Assembly (NCBI GenBank): GCA_964405015.1
Contig: CAYOME010000003.1
Span: 11,359 to 75,358 of the forward strand
DNA length: 64,000 nucleotides
Reading direction: 5' to 3'
Origin: an uncultured Candidatus Saccharibacteria bacterium
Lineage (GTDB): Bacteria; Patescibacteriota; Dojkabacteria; SC72
The notes beneath the pieces are model-generated. The model was not told where the DNA came from and did not search any database. It worked only from the letters and a program-made list of their open reading frames with translations. Positions 37,785 to 48,522 of this stretch are shown here, in pieces (the stretch's first letter is position 1; each line of letters starts with the position of its first letter). Made by a program: the position numbers and the translations under genes.

Positions 37785-39410
37785 TTACATCATTCCTTGC
37801 ATTCCAGACATATCAGGAGTCATATTTGCAGATCCCTTCTCTTCTGGGATTTCTGCTACTACTGCTTCTGTTGTGATTAACATTGTTCCAACAGATGCTG
37901 CATTTACAAGAGCAAGTCTTGTTACTTTTACAGGATCAATTATTCCTGTTTCAAGCATATCTACATACTCATCTGTTTTAGCATTGTAACCGACATTATC
38001 ATGACAGTTAGAAGCAATTACTGCACCATCCTTACCAGCATTCTTTGCAATCTGTTTTAGAGGTTCACTTAATACACTCTTAAGAATCTCAACACCTAAT
38101 TGCTCATCAGGATCATCAAGGTTAACCTTCTCCAATGATTTACTCATATTATGTAAAGCTAAACCTCCACCAACTACAACACCCTCTTCTATGGCGGCTC
38201 TAGTTGCATGTATAGCGTCTTCTACTCTTTGTTTTTTCTCTTTAGCTTCTACTTCAGAGGCTGCACCGACTTTAATAACTGCAACTCCTCCAGAAATCTT
38301 TGCAAGTCTTTCTTGTAATTTCTCTTTGTCATAGTCGGATGTTGTAGATTCAATCTGAGCTTTTAATTCAGAGATTCTCTTCTTTATTTCTTTCTCATTT
38401 CCCATTCCTTCTACAATTACAGTATTCTCTTTACTGATAATAACCTTTTTCGCACTTCCAAGATCAGTTAGACCTACAGAATCAAGAGTCTTTCCTACTT
38501 CTTCAGAGATATATTCTGCACCTGTTACTACTGCAATATCTTTAAGCATCTCTTTCTTTCTATCTCCAAATCCTGGAGCTTTTACAGCAACTACATTAAG
38601 AGTTCCTCTTAATTTGTTTACAACTAGAGTTGCTAATGCTTGATTTTCGATATCATCTGCAATAATAACTAAAGGTCTATCTGCTGCTGCAAGTACTTTT
38701 TCAGCTATTGCTTGAATATCTTGTAATGTAGAAAGCTTCTTGTCTGTAACAAAGATATATGGATTGTCCATTACACTCTCTTGAGACTCAGCATCAGTAA
38801 TGAAGTATGAACTTACATATCCTTGATCAAATTGCATACCTTCTGTATATTCAATCTCATCTAAGAATCCCTTAGCTTCTTCAACAGTGATAACGCCATC
38901 CTTACCTACCTTAGCAAATACATCTCCAATCATCTTACCCAACTCTTTATCATTGTTTGAGGATATTGTAGCTACTTGAGATATTTCTTCTTTACCATTA
39001 ATCTTTTTTGCAGATTTCTGTAAAGCTTCTACTACAACATCAACACCCTTGTCCAAACCTCTTTTTAAAGCAATTGGGTTAGATCCTGCTGTTACATTTC
39101 TAAAACCAGCGTTAGCTATAGATTGTGCTAATACAATTACAGTGGTTGTACCATCTCCTGCAAGATCATTAACTCTTCTAGATGCTTCTTTCATCATTTC
39201 TACACCTACATTTTTAAATGGATCTTTGTCTTCTATCTCTTTTGCTACTGTTACACCATCTTTTGTAACTACCTGAGATCCAAATGATTTAGCAATTGCT
39301 ACATTTCTACCTTTTGGTCCTAATGTGGTCTTAACAGCATTAGCTATTGTATCTACACCAGATTTTAATGCTTTTCTTGCTTCCTCATCATATATTATTG
39401 ATTTTGCCAT
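37785..39410 (-). CDS. groL: Chaperonin GroEL
   Basis: MAKSIIYDEEARKALKSGVDTIANAVKTTLGPKGRNV, 541 aa, C-terminal GMQGMM. Confidence 0.95.
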   Translation of the reverse strand: MAKSIIYDEEARKALKSGVDTIANAVKTTLGPKGRNVAIAKSFGSQVVTKDGVTVAKEIEDKDPFKNVGVEMMKEASRRVNDLAGDGTTTVIVLAQSIANAGFRNVTAGSNPIALKRGLDKGVDVVVEALQKSAKKINGKEEISQVATISSNNDKELGKMIGDVFAKVGKDGVITVEEAKGFLDEIEYTEGMQFDQGYVSSYFITDAESQESVMDNPYIFVTDKKLSTLQDIQAIAEKVLAAADRPLVIIADDIENQALATLVVNKLRGTLNVVAVKAPGFGDRKKEMLKDIAVVTGAEYISEEVGKTLDSVGLTDLGSAKKVIISKENTVIVEGMGNEKEIKKRISELKAQIESTTSDYDKEKLQERLAKISGGVAVIKVGAASEVEAKEKKQRVEDAIHATRAAIEEGVVVGGGLALHNMSKSLEKVNLDDPDEQLGVEILKSVLSEPLKQIAKNAGKDGAVIASNCHDNVGYNAKTDEYVDMLETGIIDPVKVTRLALVNAASVGTMLITTEAVVAEIPEEKGSANMTPDMSGMQGMM

Positions 39411-39433
39411 ATTGTATATCTATTAAATTTAAG

Positions 39434-39736
39434 TTATTTAGCTACTGCAAGTATATCTTCAGTATCAAGAATTAAGAGATCATTACCATCAACTTCTATT
39501 TCTTCAGGTGAATATTTTTTGAAATATACCTTATCTCCTACTTTTACATCAAACTTAATAGCCTTACCATCTTTATCCTTGCCAGATCCGAGTTTTACAA
39601 CTTCACCAAATCCAGATCTTTTATCTTCAGATGCACTTGGTGGAATTACAAGTCCTCCTGGAGTTCTTTCCTGAACTTCTTGAGGTTTTACTAAAACACG
39701 ACTTCCTAACGGGGATATATTTATTTCGCTAGACAT
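39434..39736 (-). CDS. groS: Co-chaperonin GroES
   Basis: ISPLGSRVLVKP...GGLVIP, 100 aa, immediately upstream of groEL. Confidence 0.9.
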   Translation of the reverse strand: MSSEINISPLGSRVLVKPQEVQERTPGGLVIPPSASEDKRSGFGEVVKLGSGKDKDGKAIKFDVKVGDKVYFKKYSPEEIEVDGNDLLILDTEDILAVAK

Positions 39737-39757
39737 ATTTATTAAGTAAAAATTTAT

Positions 39758-39784
39758 TTAGCAAATATTAAATGCGACTGCTAA
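39758..39784 (-). promoter_or_regulatory. CIRCE-like inverted repeat (HrcA operator) upstream of groES
   Basis: TTAGCAAAT-N9-GACTGCTAA versus consensus TTAGCACTC-N9-GAGTGCTAA, about 22 nt upstream of the groES start codon. Confidence 0.5.
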
Positions 39785-39811
39785 AGATTTTAGGATTAGG
39801 AGAAACAAATG

Positions 39812-40420
39812 TCAATATCTAGAGCCTTTAATAACCATACTATCTTCTAGAAGTTCAATATTTTCAAAATATCTTCCAGAGAAACCATTTTCATTTACCG
39901 TAAGCAATGAATTAGCAATACCAAGGTTAATCATTTCCAAGATCTTAAAATTGCTACCTAAGGAATATGGTCCAACCTTTACATTTGTAACGTATAGCTG
40001 GGCAGTCTGTATATTATCTTTGTTTAAATCAACAGAGAACCATACTGTATATTCCTTGTATGATATCTCAATATACATATTCCAATTTCCTTTGCCTGGT
40101 TCTGTATATATTCTTTTAATACTGAAAGGTTCTTGAATATTTTTTTTAGCAACAGACATCGCTAATATTCCAACTTCTTTTGGAGAAAGAGTTAATACCT
40201 GTGTATTTAAATCAGACAAGGTAAAAGATGAAAATCTTTCCTTTAATATCGTGAATATATTCTCATCTATAGTTGCAACATTCTCTTCTACAATGCTGGC
40301 TTCGAATGTTTCTTCCCATTTGACATATTTGAAGAGTAGTACAGTTACAGCAAAGACTATTGAGAGTAAAAGGACTATGAGTATCAAAAAAACAGTTCGG
40401 AGTGTTCTACGTGCTTTCAT
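39812..40420 (-). CDS. Hypothetical membrane-anchored protein
   Basis: Single N-terminal TM (VFLILIVLLLSIVFAVTVLLF) and about 170-aa soluble domain. No motif recognised. Confidence 0.35.
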   Translation of the reverse strand: MKARRTLRTVFLILIVLLLSIVFAVTVLLFKYVKWEETFEASIVEENVATIDENIFTILKERFSSFTLSDLNTQVLTLSPKEVGILAMSVAKKNIQEPFSIKRIYTEPGKGNWNMYIEISYKEYTVWFSVDLNKDNIQTAQLYVTNVKVGPYSLGSNFKILEMINLGIANSLLTVNENGFSGRYFENIELLEDSMVIKGSRY

Positions 40421-42205
40421 CTATGTAAGGTTGTTACCAGTTACAAATCTCTTCTTGAATGACTTAACTAGTCCTTCTACATGTTTAAATTCTTCAGGAG
40501 AGAATATCTTTGACCCTATTAAGTATGATATCGCACCATATATTGATACTACTGCACTTAGAATTACAATATATATTGTTCTAGTAGTATCTAATTGGAA
40601 ATCAAACAATCTAAATACAAGATACATACCCAACATCATTATCAAGGTATTTAGAATTTTAAGTAAGGTTGGATAGAAGGTGTCTTTCCAGGATACTACC
40701 TTTCTGTTTTTGTTAAGTAGATATACTGAAAGTATCATTTGTACAAAATATGAAAGACTTAAACTAAAAGCTAATCCACCAACTGCCAATTTAGAGTCTC
40801 CTCTAGTAGTCATCCATTTAGCAGTATCTCCTACAAAAGATTTAAGAACAGAAAGTACGCCATCTCCATTAGCACTAGCTACCTGTACCCATACCTGTTC
40901 TAATATTGGTCTCCAGTCGTAGTAATGGCTAAAGAAATTAGTAAAGTAGTATGCACCTAAAAGATTTACTACTATTCCAACAGTAATTGCAATTAAAGGT
41001 CTCCATGTATCTTTCATAGCATAGAAAGCTCTAAGTACAATTTGAACCACTGTTTGCCCAATTATTGATATCGATAACAGGGCTAATGTCCAAGCTGTTA
41101 AAAGTGTATCTTGCCAGTCAAATGCTCCAGTACCATATATTAAACGTACAATTGGTAATCTCAATACCAACATTACAGCTACAATTGGTAGTACTAAATA
41201 CAATGCTAATTGAATTGCATCATTAAATGCTTTCTTAAACATTCCATTTTCATTCTTACAACAGTATTGTGCAAAATCTGGTAATGCTACTTGTGCAACT
41301 GCACTACCAATAATGTTTATAGGAAACAAATGTAAACTATATGCAAATCTATATGCACTAAGAGTACCTGCAGTTAATGTAAAACTTATGAATGTATTAA
41401 CAATGGTATTAAACTGTTCTCCTAATACACCTAACATTCTTGGAACAGCGAGTTTAAACGCTTTCCCAATATATGATCCTTGGAATATTTCGGTTATATG
41501 CAAATTCTTAGCTTCATCCTCTTTGTAATATTTAAGTAGTAAAGGTACTTGAACGCATAGATGTATGAATGACCCTATTACAGCAGATATTGCAATTGCT
41601 TCTACTCCTAACTCAAAAAAAGTAACCAAAATATATGTACCTGCAATCATTGCTACATTGTAAAAGAGAGGTGCTAAAGATGTTACAAAGAATTGTTTTC
41701 TTACTTGTAAATATGCAGTGATAAAGCCACTAATACTCAAGAACAATGGAGAGAGTATCCCTATTCTAAAAAGCGTAATGAAGAGATTGAAGTCAGATTC
41801 AGTTATTCTGTAAGACATATTAAATGCAGTACTTGCATAGTCATTAGTGATAACCCAGTTAGTAATTGGCTCTGCAAAGATCAGTAGTAGAGTAAGTACT
41901 ACAAATGATATTCCAAAGAAAATTAGGGTTAACTGTTGGAACAATTTGTTAAAACTGTCCTTACCTTTGTCATACAAAACGTCACTGAGTATTGGAATAA
42001 TTGCAGCATTAATAGAACCTGCAACTAATACCATAAAGATGATATCTGGAATAGTAAATGATGCCCAAAAGATATCTAATTCATGAGATGCACCAAAGAG
42101 TTGTGCAAAAATCCTTAGCTTCCAAAAGCCTAAAATCTTAGTGAAGAGGAGTAGTAGCATTACTGTAAAAACACTGTTCTTTTTAATCACAATTCTCTTA
42201 ATCAA
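40421..42205 (-). CDS. murJ: Lipid II flippase MurJ (MviN family)
   Basis: 594 aa, about 14 predicted TM helices, MviN-like N-terminal third (ILGFWKLRIFAQLFGAS...). Confidence 0.55.
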   Translation of the reverse strand: MIKRIVIKKNSVFTVMLLLLFTKILGFWKLRIFAQLFGASHELDIFWASFTIPDIIFMVLVAGSINAAIIPILSDVLYDKGKDSFNKLFQQLTLIFFGISFVVLTLLLIFAEPITNWVITNDYASTAFNMSYRITESDFNLFITLFRIGILSPLFLSISGFITAYLQVRKQFFVTSLAPLFYNVAMIAGTYILVTFFELGVEAIAISAVIGSFIHLCVQVPLLLKYYKEDEAKNLHITEIFQGSYIGKAFKLAVPRMLGVLGEQFNTIVNTFISFTLTAGTLSAYRFAYSLHLFPINIIGSAVAQVALPDFAQYCCKNENGMFKKAFNDAIQLALYLVLPIVAVMLVLRLPIVRLIYGTGAFDWQDTLLTAWTLALLSISIIGQTVVQIVLRAFYAMKDTWRPLIAITVGIVVNLLGAYYFTNFFSHYYDWRPILEQVWVQVASANGDGVLSVLKSFVGDTAKWMTTRGDSKLAVGGLAFSLSLSYFVQMILSVYLLNKNRKVVSWKDTFYPTLLKILNTLIMMLGMYLVFRLFDFQLDTTRTIYIVILSAVVSIYGAISYLIGSKIFSPEEFKHVEGLVKSFKKRFVTGNNLT

Positions 42206-42286
42206 TATCTAATTAGCGAATAATATCATAATGGAAACGAACCCATTTATCAAATATTTTTAATATCTTCCGTATATACTCTGTAT

Positions 42287-42799
42287 ATGTCACTTTTTGA
42301 TATTCTACTTCCGAAAGAATGTATTTTTTGTTGTAAAGTGGGTAGGCATATTTGTGAAAAATGTTTGAGAGACATACCAAGATCTTTACCTCTCTGTTTG
42401 GTATGTGGAAGAATAAGTACAAGTGGATACACACACAGTAGCTGTACTAAATTAAATATTAGTATTCAATATTTTAAAGGTTGGAATATTGAGAACAAAC
42501 AGATACTTGAGAGTCAAATAGAGGTTGGATTCTATTCTCCATTTCTTGAATTGATCGAATATCTAGTGAAAAGAAACAATCTTAAGGATCGGGATATAGG
42601 GAAAAAGATAATTCCTCTTAAGAGTTCCTCAAGAGAGAAAATGGAATTAAACAGATATCTTTCAAAAAAGATACATGGTTCAAAAGAAGAAACTCTTACA
42701 TATCTCGGAATAGAAGTAATGGACACTAAAGAGTTGGTCAAAGAGATTTCCCTTCTTGAAAATGAATACAAATATATTCAAGTAATATCCCTACTCTAA
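42287..42799 (+). CDS. ComF-like protein, N-terminal double zinc-ribbon only (phosphoribosyltransferase domain absent)
   Basis: FDILLPKECIFCCK...CEKC...CLVCGR...SSC zinc ribbons and the ComF conserved IQYFKGW region. No VDDVxTTG PRTase motif. The ORF ends where the convergent gene ends. Confidence 0.4.
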   Translation: MSLFDILLPKECIFCCKVGRHICEKCLRDIPRSLPLCLVCGRISTSGYTHSSCTKLNISIQYFKGWNIENKQILESQIEVGFYSPFLELIEYLVKRNNLKDRDIGKKIIPLKSSSREKMELNRYLSKKIHGSKEETLTYLGIEVMDTKELVKEISLLENEYKYIQVISLL

Positions 42800-45085
42800 T
42801 GGTTGAATATCATCAGTAAGTGATTCCTCTTCCTTTTTCTCAGAACTTTCTTCTACTGGAGAATTACCAGCACCGAGTTCTTCAAGATTTTTGACTATAT
42901 TTTCATACAAAGGGTCCTTTTCTAGCTTGTTTACCTCAAGTATTTTTTTTGCGGCTTCTAAATATGATATTGCATTTTTCGTATCACCTTGCTCGTTTAA
43001 TATGTTTGCAGAGAGTACCAAAGATTGTACATGTTGCCCATTGATACTTAATGCAGAAGCAAATGCAGAGAGGGCTTTCTCATAGTCCTCTTTAATCATA
43101 TATATTTGACCTGCAAGATAGTAGGATTGAAAATCCAAGGGATTTAATTGGATACATCTTTGAAGAGCAAAGAGAGCATCCTCACCATAGTCAGAAAGAC
43201 CAATACTTAAAAATCCTGTATACATTGAGGCTCTTACATACCAGTTAGGATACGTAAATGAGGAAGTATTAATAGCTTCTCTTGAAAGATCAATGGCTAC
43301 ATTTTTCCAATTAGATATCTCAGAAAGTATCGATGTTTTTTCTTCTTCAGAAGCATTCTTGTATCTTTCTGTTAATACAGACATCATATCTAGTGCTGTA
43401 CTTGCGGCTTTTCTGTTAAATATTGGATTAGTTGAATCGTAACTTAATGCTTTATCATAGTAGGAGATCATTTTTCCAAAATATTCCTCTTTTTGATCCA
43501 AGGATATTTCCTCATTTTTCTCTGCAAATTTCCTGTTCTCCTCTACACTGTAAGCCTCTGCTCTAATCGCATATAATACAGATACCGTTCTAGAACCTAA
43601 GGACATTAAGGCTGAGAATACAACCAAGACCATTACTCCTGTAAGAAACCAGTTAACACTACTAATTGTTTTGTTTACATCTTGCGATACACCACCTACA
43701 TTAACAGCCCAGAATTTCAAAATGAACTGTTCGTCTTGTTTGTATATATGATTTCTCATTAATACAACAAAAAGTAATGATACAAAAAATACAAAATACA
43801 AAAGGAATGAGTAAGATACAAAGAAAGATCCTAGATACATTAATATTGTTGAAATTTCTAAAAGCAGTAGAAGTAAACTCTCTTGCGTCTTCGAAGATAT
43901 ATCTAAAACAAATAGTTTTAGAATAGCTAAACCTACTAAGAGCCAAACAACAACACCAACAATTCCCCTATTAGCCAATGTAGTAAAGACCTCATTCGAA
44001 GAAGCAACAAAACTTGAACTTCCTAAAGATATTACCGAAGGTACTGAGGGTTTAAATTGGTTATATGCAATTGAAAAAGAGTCATTTCCTAAACCTACAA
44101 GACCTCTAAAGAAATTGTTTACTATTACTCCACTAGAAACATTCCATGAAAGATCAGATGCTAAGTTTATAGGGGTAACTACTTCATATGATTCCCCTAC
44201 TATTGCATTTTTGAACGAATCATATTGTAGACCAATGGAAAAGATAAGGGATATAACAGAGAGGACAGATAATATTACTGGAAGAAATCTCAGACCTTTT
44301 TCTAATTTTATAAAAAGAAGCAAGGAGGTTAGTAATACAGTTATTGCAATTAATATAGGTAATACTACGCCTTGCATCATAGAAAACATTACGATTGATA
44401 CAAAACCCAAAAATATACCTACGAATGGTAATAGAATCTTTTGTACTTTCTTTTCTCTTAGATATGCTATTACAAGTACAGTACCCAAAAATATCAATAC
44501 TCCTGATATGAGAATTAATTCATTTGAATAGAAAGTAAGTGGTAATCCTGGTAAGAATAATTCCTTCGCGTATGGTATCCAACCCCAGACATTTACTTTG
44601 AAAACTGTCAAAAAACTTAATACTACGGTAGTAGATATTCCTAACAGAAATAGTTCAATAGATTTAAGTACATATTCTTTCTTAGAAAGGAATCCTCTAC
44701 CAATAAAAAATATTACCATTAGAGTAAATATTGATAGTAACCCAGTACCTAATCTACCATCCATACCCCATATAGAAGTCCATTTGTCTAATGCGAATAT
44801 CGAAGATATTACGAATGTTGTAAGTAAGACAAAAACAATTTTATCCAATGAAGATCGAAGCATTGTAATTTTTCCATCCCAAATCCATTTAACAAATTCC
44901 AGAAGAAGTATTAGCAAAGAAATTACTAAGAAGAATGTTACTCTGACTTGTTCTGTAGTATCCCATGGTAGTGGTATTACAAACCAAGGGATAATAAAGA
45001 AGAGTACATATGAAAGTATTCTTTGAAAAAAGGAAAGATCCATACCATCTCTTGTAGTATTCATCTTGGTGTTGTCATTCAACAT
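42791..45085 (-). CDS. Polytopic membrane protein (O-antigen ligase/Wzy-like core) with C-terminal TPR repeats
   Basis: More than 10 TM helices in the first 480 aa. C-terminal TPR-like helices (YYLAGQIYMIKEDYEKALSAFASALSINGQHVQS...). Acidic tail. Confidence 0.45.
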   Translation of the reverse strand: MLNDNTKMNTTRDGMDLSFFQRILSYVLFFIIPWFVIPLPWDTTEQVRVTFFLVISLLILLLEFVKWIWDGKITMLRSSLDKIVFVLLTTFVISSIFALDKWTSIWGMDGRLGTGLLSIFTLMVIFFIGRGFLSKKEYVLKSIELFLLGISTTVVLSFLTVFKVNVWGWIPYAKELFLPGLPLTFYSNELILISGVLIFLGTVLVIAYLREKKVQKILLPFVGIFLGFVSIVMFSMMQGVVLPILIAITVLLTSLLLFIKLEKGLRFLPVILSVLSVISLIFSIGLQYDSFKNAIVGESYEVVTPINLASDLSWNVSSGVIVNNFFRGLVGLGNDSFSIAYNQFKPSVPSVISLGSSSFVASSNEVFTTLANRGIVGVVVWLLVGLAILKLFVLDISSKTQESLLLLLLEISTILMYLGSFFVSYSFLLYFVFFVSLLFVVLMRNHIYKQDEQFILKFWAVNVGGVSQDVNKTISSVNWFLTGVMVLVVFSALMSLGSRTVSVLYAIRAEAYSVEENRKFAEKNEEISLDQKEEYFGKMISYYDKALSYDSTNPIFNRKAASTALDMMSVLTERYKNASEEEKTSILSEISNWKNVAIDLSREAINTSSFTYPNWYVRASMYTGFLSIGLSDYGEDALFALQRCIQLNPLDFQSYYLAGQIYMIKEDYEKALSAFASALSINGQHVQSLVLSANILNEQGDTKNAISYLEAAKKILEVNKLEKDPLYENIVKNLEELGAGNSPVEESSEKKEEESLTDDIQPLE

Positions 45086-45130
45086 ATATTTATGGCAGAA
45101 AAAGAATTATTTAGTTGTAAATATCTTAGC

Positions 45131-45163
45131 AAAAAGAGAAAGGGAGGCCAAGCCTCCCTTTTG
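45131..45163 (-). terminator. Rho-independent terminator downstream of dnaK
   Basis: GGGAGGC-CAA-GCCTCCC hairpin with A-rich and T-rich flanks, 11 nt after the dnaK stop. Confidence 0.6.
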
Positions 45164-45173
45164 TTCGAAGATA

Positions 45174-47063
45174 TTACTCTACAACTTCACCTTCTTTTAC
45201 TTCTTCGTCCTTCTCTTTTTTCTCTTCGTCTTTCTTTTCCTCAGAAGCTTTAGATGCTTTTTCGTACATCTTTTTGCTTACTTCTTGCATCTTCTTTGTT
45301 AATTTCTCAACTTCTTCCTCAAGCTTCTCTTGGTCAAAATCATCTTTAGAGATTATATCTTTTACAGTCTTAACACCTTCCTCAAGATCTTTCTTTTCAT
45401 CTGATTCTACCTTATCACCGTTTTCCTCTAAGAGCTTTTCTATATTGAAACAGAGTGAATCCGCATTGTTTCTCTTCTCTGCTCTCTCCCTCTTCTTTTT
45501 ATCTTCCTCTGCATGTTTTGCAGCCTCTTCTACCATCTTTTCAATTTCTTCATCCTTAAGTCCTGTAGATGCTGTAATGGTAATCTTTTGCTCTTTGTTT
45601 GTTGCTAAATCCTTAGCATTCACATTTAAAATACCATTAGCATCAATTGCAAATTGAACTTCAATCTGAGGTACTCCTCTTGGTGCAGGTGGAATACCAT
45701 CTAAAATGAATCTTCCTAAGGTCTTGTTGTCTGAAGCCATTTCTCTCTCACCTTGAAGAATATGAATCTCTACACCAGGTTGATTATCAGCTGCAGTACT
45801 AAATATCTGTTTCTTTTCTACAGGAATTGTTGTATTTCGATCTATTAATTTTGTCATAACTCCACCTAATGTTTCTAAACCAAGAGATAGAGGGGTTACA
45901 TCTAATAGGGTTATATCTTTTACATCGCCACCTAAGACTCCACCTTGTACAGCTGCTCCAACTGCTACAACTTCGTCAGGGTTTACAGTTTTGTTAGGTT
46001 CTTTACCAAAGATTTCCTTTACTTTCTTTATGACAGCAGGCATTCTTGTCATACCTCCAACTAGTAATACCTGATCTACATCATCTAGACTTAAGTCTGC
46101 ATCCTTCAAGGCTTTCTGACATGGCTGAACAGTCTTTTCTATTAAGTCTGCAGTTAATTTCTCCAAATCTGATCTAGTCATAGTGACCTTTAGATGTTTA
46201 GGTCCACTAGAGGTTGCAGTAATGTAAGGAATATTAATTTCAGTTTCTTCTGAAGTAGAAAGCTCAATTTTTGCTTTCTCTGCACCTTCCTTAAGTCTTT
46301 GCAAAGCAGTTCTATCTTCTTTGAGATCTACACCTTCACTATCTTTAAAATCTTTAGCTAATTTATCAATTATGGCTTGATCAAAATCATCACCACCTAA
46401 GTGTGTATCACCATTGGTAGAAAGTACTTCGAATACACCATCTCCAATCTCAAGTATTGAAATATCAAAGGTACCACCACCTAAGTCAAAGATTGCTATC
46501 TTTTCATCTTTGTTTTTGTCTAAACCATATGCCAATGCTGCTGCTGTTGGTTCGTTTACTATTCTCTTTACTTCTAAACCTGCGATCTTACCAGCATCCT
46601 TCGTTGCTTGTCTTTGAGAGTCATCAAAATATGCAGGAACAGTAATAACTGCTTCTGTAACCTTCTCTCCAAGGAACTCCTCGGCATCCTTTTTCATCTT
46701 TGCCAATATCTTTGCAGATATCTCTTGAGGTGTATACCAATTACTACCCATCTTAACCTCGATACCATCACTTTTAGATTTCCTCATTTCAAATGGAAGT
46801 AATTCTTTGTCCTTTTGTACTTCTGGATCATCCCATGATCTACCGATTAATCTCTTTACAGAGTAAACTGTTCCCTCTGGATTTGTAACAGCTTGATTTT
46901 TTGCAGGAGATCCAACAAGAGTCTCACCTTTATCATCGATAGCGACAATAGATGGAGTAAGTCTCCCTCCTTGTGCATTTGCAATGATGTTAGGTTTTCC
47001 ACCAGACATAAATGCCATTGCACTATTGGTTGTTCCTAGGTCTATTCCTATGATTTTTCCCAT
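45174..47063 (-). CDS. dnaK: Chaperone DnaK (Hsp70)
   Basis: [26 protein letters not shown], 629 aa, acidic C-terminal tail. Confidence 0.95.
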   Translation of the reverse strand: MGKIIGIDLGTTNSAMAFMSGGKPNIIANAQGGRLTPSIVAIDDKGETLVGSPAKNQAVTNPEGTVYSVKRLIGRSWDDPEVQKDKELLPFEMRKSKSDGIEVKMGSNWYTPQEISAKILAKMKKDAEEFLGEKVTEAVITVPAYFDDSQRQATKDAGKIAGLEVKRIVNEPTAAALAYGLDKNKDEKIAIFDLGGGTFDISILEIGDGVFEVLSTNGDTHLGGDDFDQAIIDKLAKDFKDSEGVDLKEDRTALQRLKEGAEKAKIELSTSEETEINIPYITATSSGPKHLKVTMTRSDLEKLTADLIEKTVQPCQKALKDADLSLDDVDQVLLVGGMTRMPAVIKKVKEIFGKEPNKTVNPDEVVAVGAAVQGGVLGGDVKDITLLDVTPLSLGLETLGGVMTKLIDRNTTIPVEKKQIFSTAADNQPGVEIHILQGEREMASDNKTLGRFILDGIPPAPRGVPQIEVQFAIDANGILNVNAKDLATNKEQKITITASTGLKDEEIEKMVEEAAKHAEEDKKKRERAEKRNNADSLCFNIEKLLEENGDKVESDEKKDLEEGVKTVKDIISKDDFDQEKLEEEVEKLTKKMQEVSKKMYEKASKASEEKKDEEKKEKDEEVKEGEVVE

Positions 47064-47085
47064 ATATATTATTATTAAAAATTAT

Positions 47086-47685
47086 TTACTTTATATTTCC
47101 CTTTGTTACTACTACTCTTGAAGGTCTAATTACCACCTCATCAAGTATGTAACCAGGTTGAATACATTCAAATACAATTCCTTCCTTTTCATTTTCAATC
47201 ACAGCTAAAGCCTCATGTATTGAAGGATCAAAAAGATCACCATAGTTAGGGATATATTTCTTTATACCTAAATCTTCTAAACCTTTTTCCATCTTACTAA
47301 GTAATTCAACAACACCATTTACCCATGCTTGACCTTTTTCATCAAACAAAACTTCCTCCTTAGCTTTAATAGCCATTGTCATATCATCAACTACAGGTAT
47401 TAATTTCTCTGCGAGTGATTTCCTAGATTGTAGATACATTAGATTTAATCTTTTTTGAGTATTAGCTTCTAGATTTTGATAGTCTGCTAAAGCTCTTTTA
47501 AGACTATTTGTGATTTCCAATTTCTCATCTTCAACCTTATCAATTATCAAGGCTAAATCATTAATTTGAGCCCGAAGGTTGGCAATCTCTTCTTGCAAGT
47601 GCTTAACCTCTTCGCTATTTTTATCTATTACACCCTGTGTATTTACATTTTTGTTCATTGATATTGAAAAATATTTTAATTCCAA
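47086..47685 (-). CDS. grpE: Nucleotide exchange factor GrpE
   Basis: Long N-terminal coiled coil, then LIPVVDDM and a C-terminal beta domain. Between hrcA and dnaK. Confidence 0.8.
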   Translation of the reverse strand: MELKYFSISMNKNVNTQGVIDKNSEEVKHLQEEIANLRAQINDLALIIDKVEDEKLEITNSLKRALADYQNLEANTQKRLNLMYLQSRKSLAEKLIPVVDDMTMAIKAKEEVLFDEKGQAWVNGVVELLSKMEKGLEDLGIKKYIPNYGDLFDPSIHEALAVIENEKEGIVFECIQPGYILDEVVIRPSRVVVTKGNIK

Positions 47686-48404
47686 CCCTTCATTGCATTG
47701 CGCATAGCGCTTTGTACTTCACGAAGAGCCGGTACACATCTAGCATAGTCCATACGCTTTGAACCAAGTATTCCAATATGGGCATCATTGGTATCCCAGA
47801 ATGGAAGGTTGGTAAAAACCATGGAACAACCTTCTAAATCTTTTATTCCAGATTCCTCACCAATTAGTAAAGAGACACCAGACCCACTATATCTACTCAT
47901 CATATTTACCAAAAAATCTTTATCTTCAAGTATGTTTACAATCCTCATGACCTTTTCCCAATCTCTTAATTCTTCATATTTAAAGATATTGGAGAGTCCC
48001 CAATATCTAGATATTCCATCTATTACAACAAAGACTACGGATTCAGTCTCTTCAGAAAGAATATTTAGTACTGAGTTTAATACCGCATCCTTAGAGAATC
48101 TATCCCTAAATATCCCTTGCCTTATTTCTACAGTAATTAATGGATTTAAAGAGCTACTATTTAATACATTACTAACATACATCCTCAAGGCCTGATCTGT
48201 TGGAAAACGACCAGAAGAAATATGACTTTTCTCTAAGAGTCCTAAGTCCATTAATTTTGCCATTTCATTCCTAATGGTAGCAGGACTTACACCAAGGTTA
48301 TGCCTTTCTAAAAGAGAAAGAGAGCCTACTTCATCAGCACTCTCCATGAACTCCTCTATGATGGCCATTAATATCCTTTTCTGTCTTTCTGTAATACTCT
48401 GCAT
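47676..48404 (-). CDS. hrcA: Heat-inducible transcription repressor HrcA (short, 242 aa)
   Basis: MQSITERQKRILMAIIEEF...GSLSL...ATIRNEMAKLMDLGLLEKSHISSGRFPTDQALRMYV is the HrcA winged-helix N-terminus. Confidence 0.8.
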   Translation of the reverse strand: MQSITERQKRILMAIIEEFMESADEVGSLSLLERHNLGVSPATIRNEMAKLMDLGLLEKSHISSGRFPTDQALRMYVSNVLNSSSLNPLITVEIRQGIFRDRFSKDAVLNSVLNILSEETESVVFVVIDGISRYWGLSNIFKYEELRDWEKVMRIVNILEDKDFLVNMMSRYSGSGVSLLIGEESGIKDLEGCSMVFTNLPFWDTNDAHIGILGSKRMDYARCVPALREVQSAMRNAMKGWN

Positions 48405-48405
48405 A

Positions 48406-48432
48406 TTAGCACTCCTAAAGATTACCTGCTAA
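48406..48432 (-). promoter_or_regulatory. CIRCE-like inverted repeat immediately upstream of hrcA (overlaps RBS)
   Basis: In gene orientation TTAGCAGGT-N9-GAGTGCTAA, then T, then ATG. The right arm is a perfect CIRCE half-site containing AGGAG. Confidence 0.5.
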
Positions 48433-48522
48433 AGTATATGGTCTAGAGAATATTCCGTCAAGAGATATTTGTAAATATTTAAAGATGGAGATACAATTTG
48501 GAATAACTTAACAAATTTACAT

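Noticed and set aside
45023-45657. Plus-strand ORFs of 76-127 aa overlapping the 3' end of dnaK
   Set aside because: Antisense to the DnaK acidic tail. The Ser/Phe-rich low-complexity translations are typical of the reverse frame of GAA/AAG-rich coding sequence.
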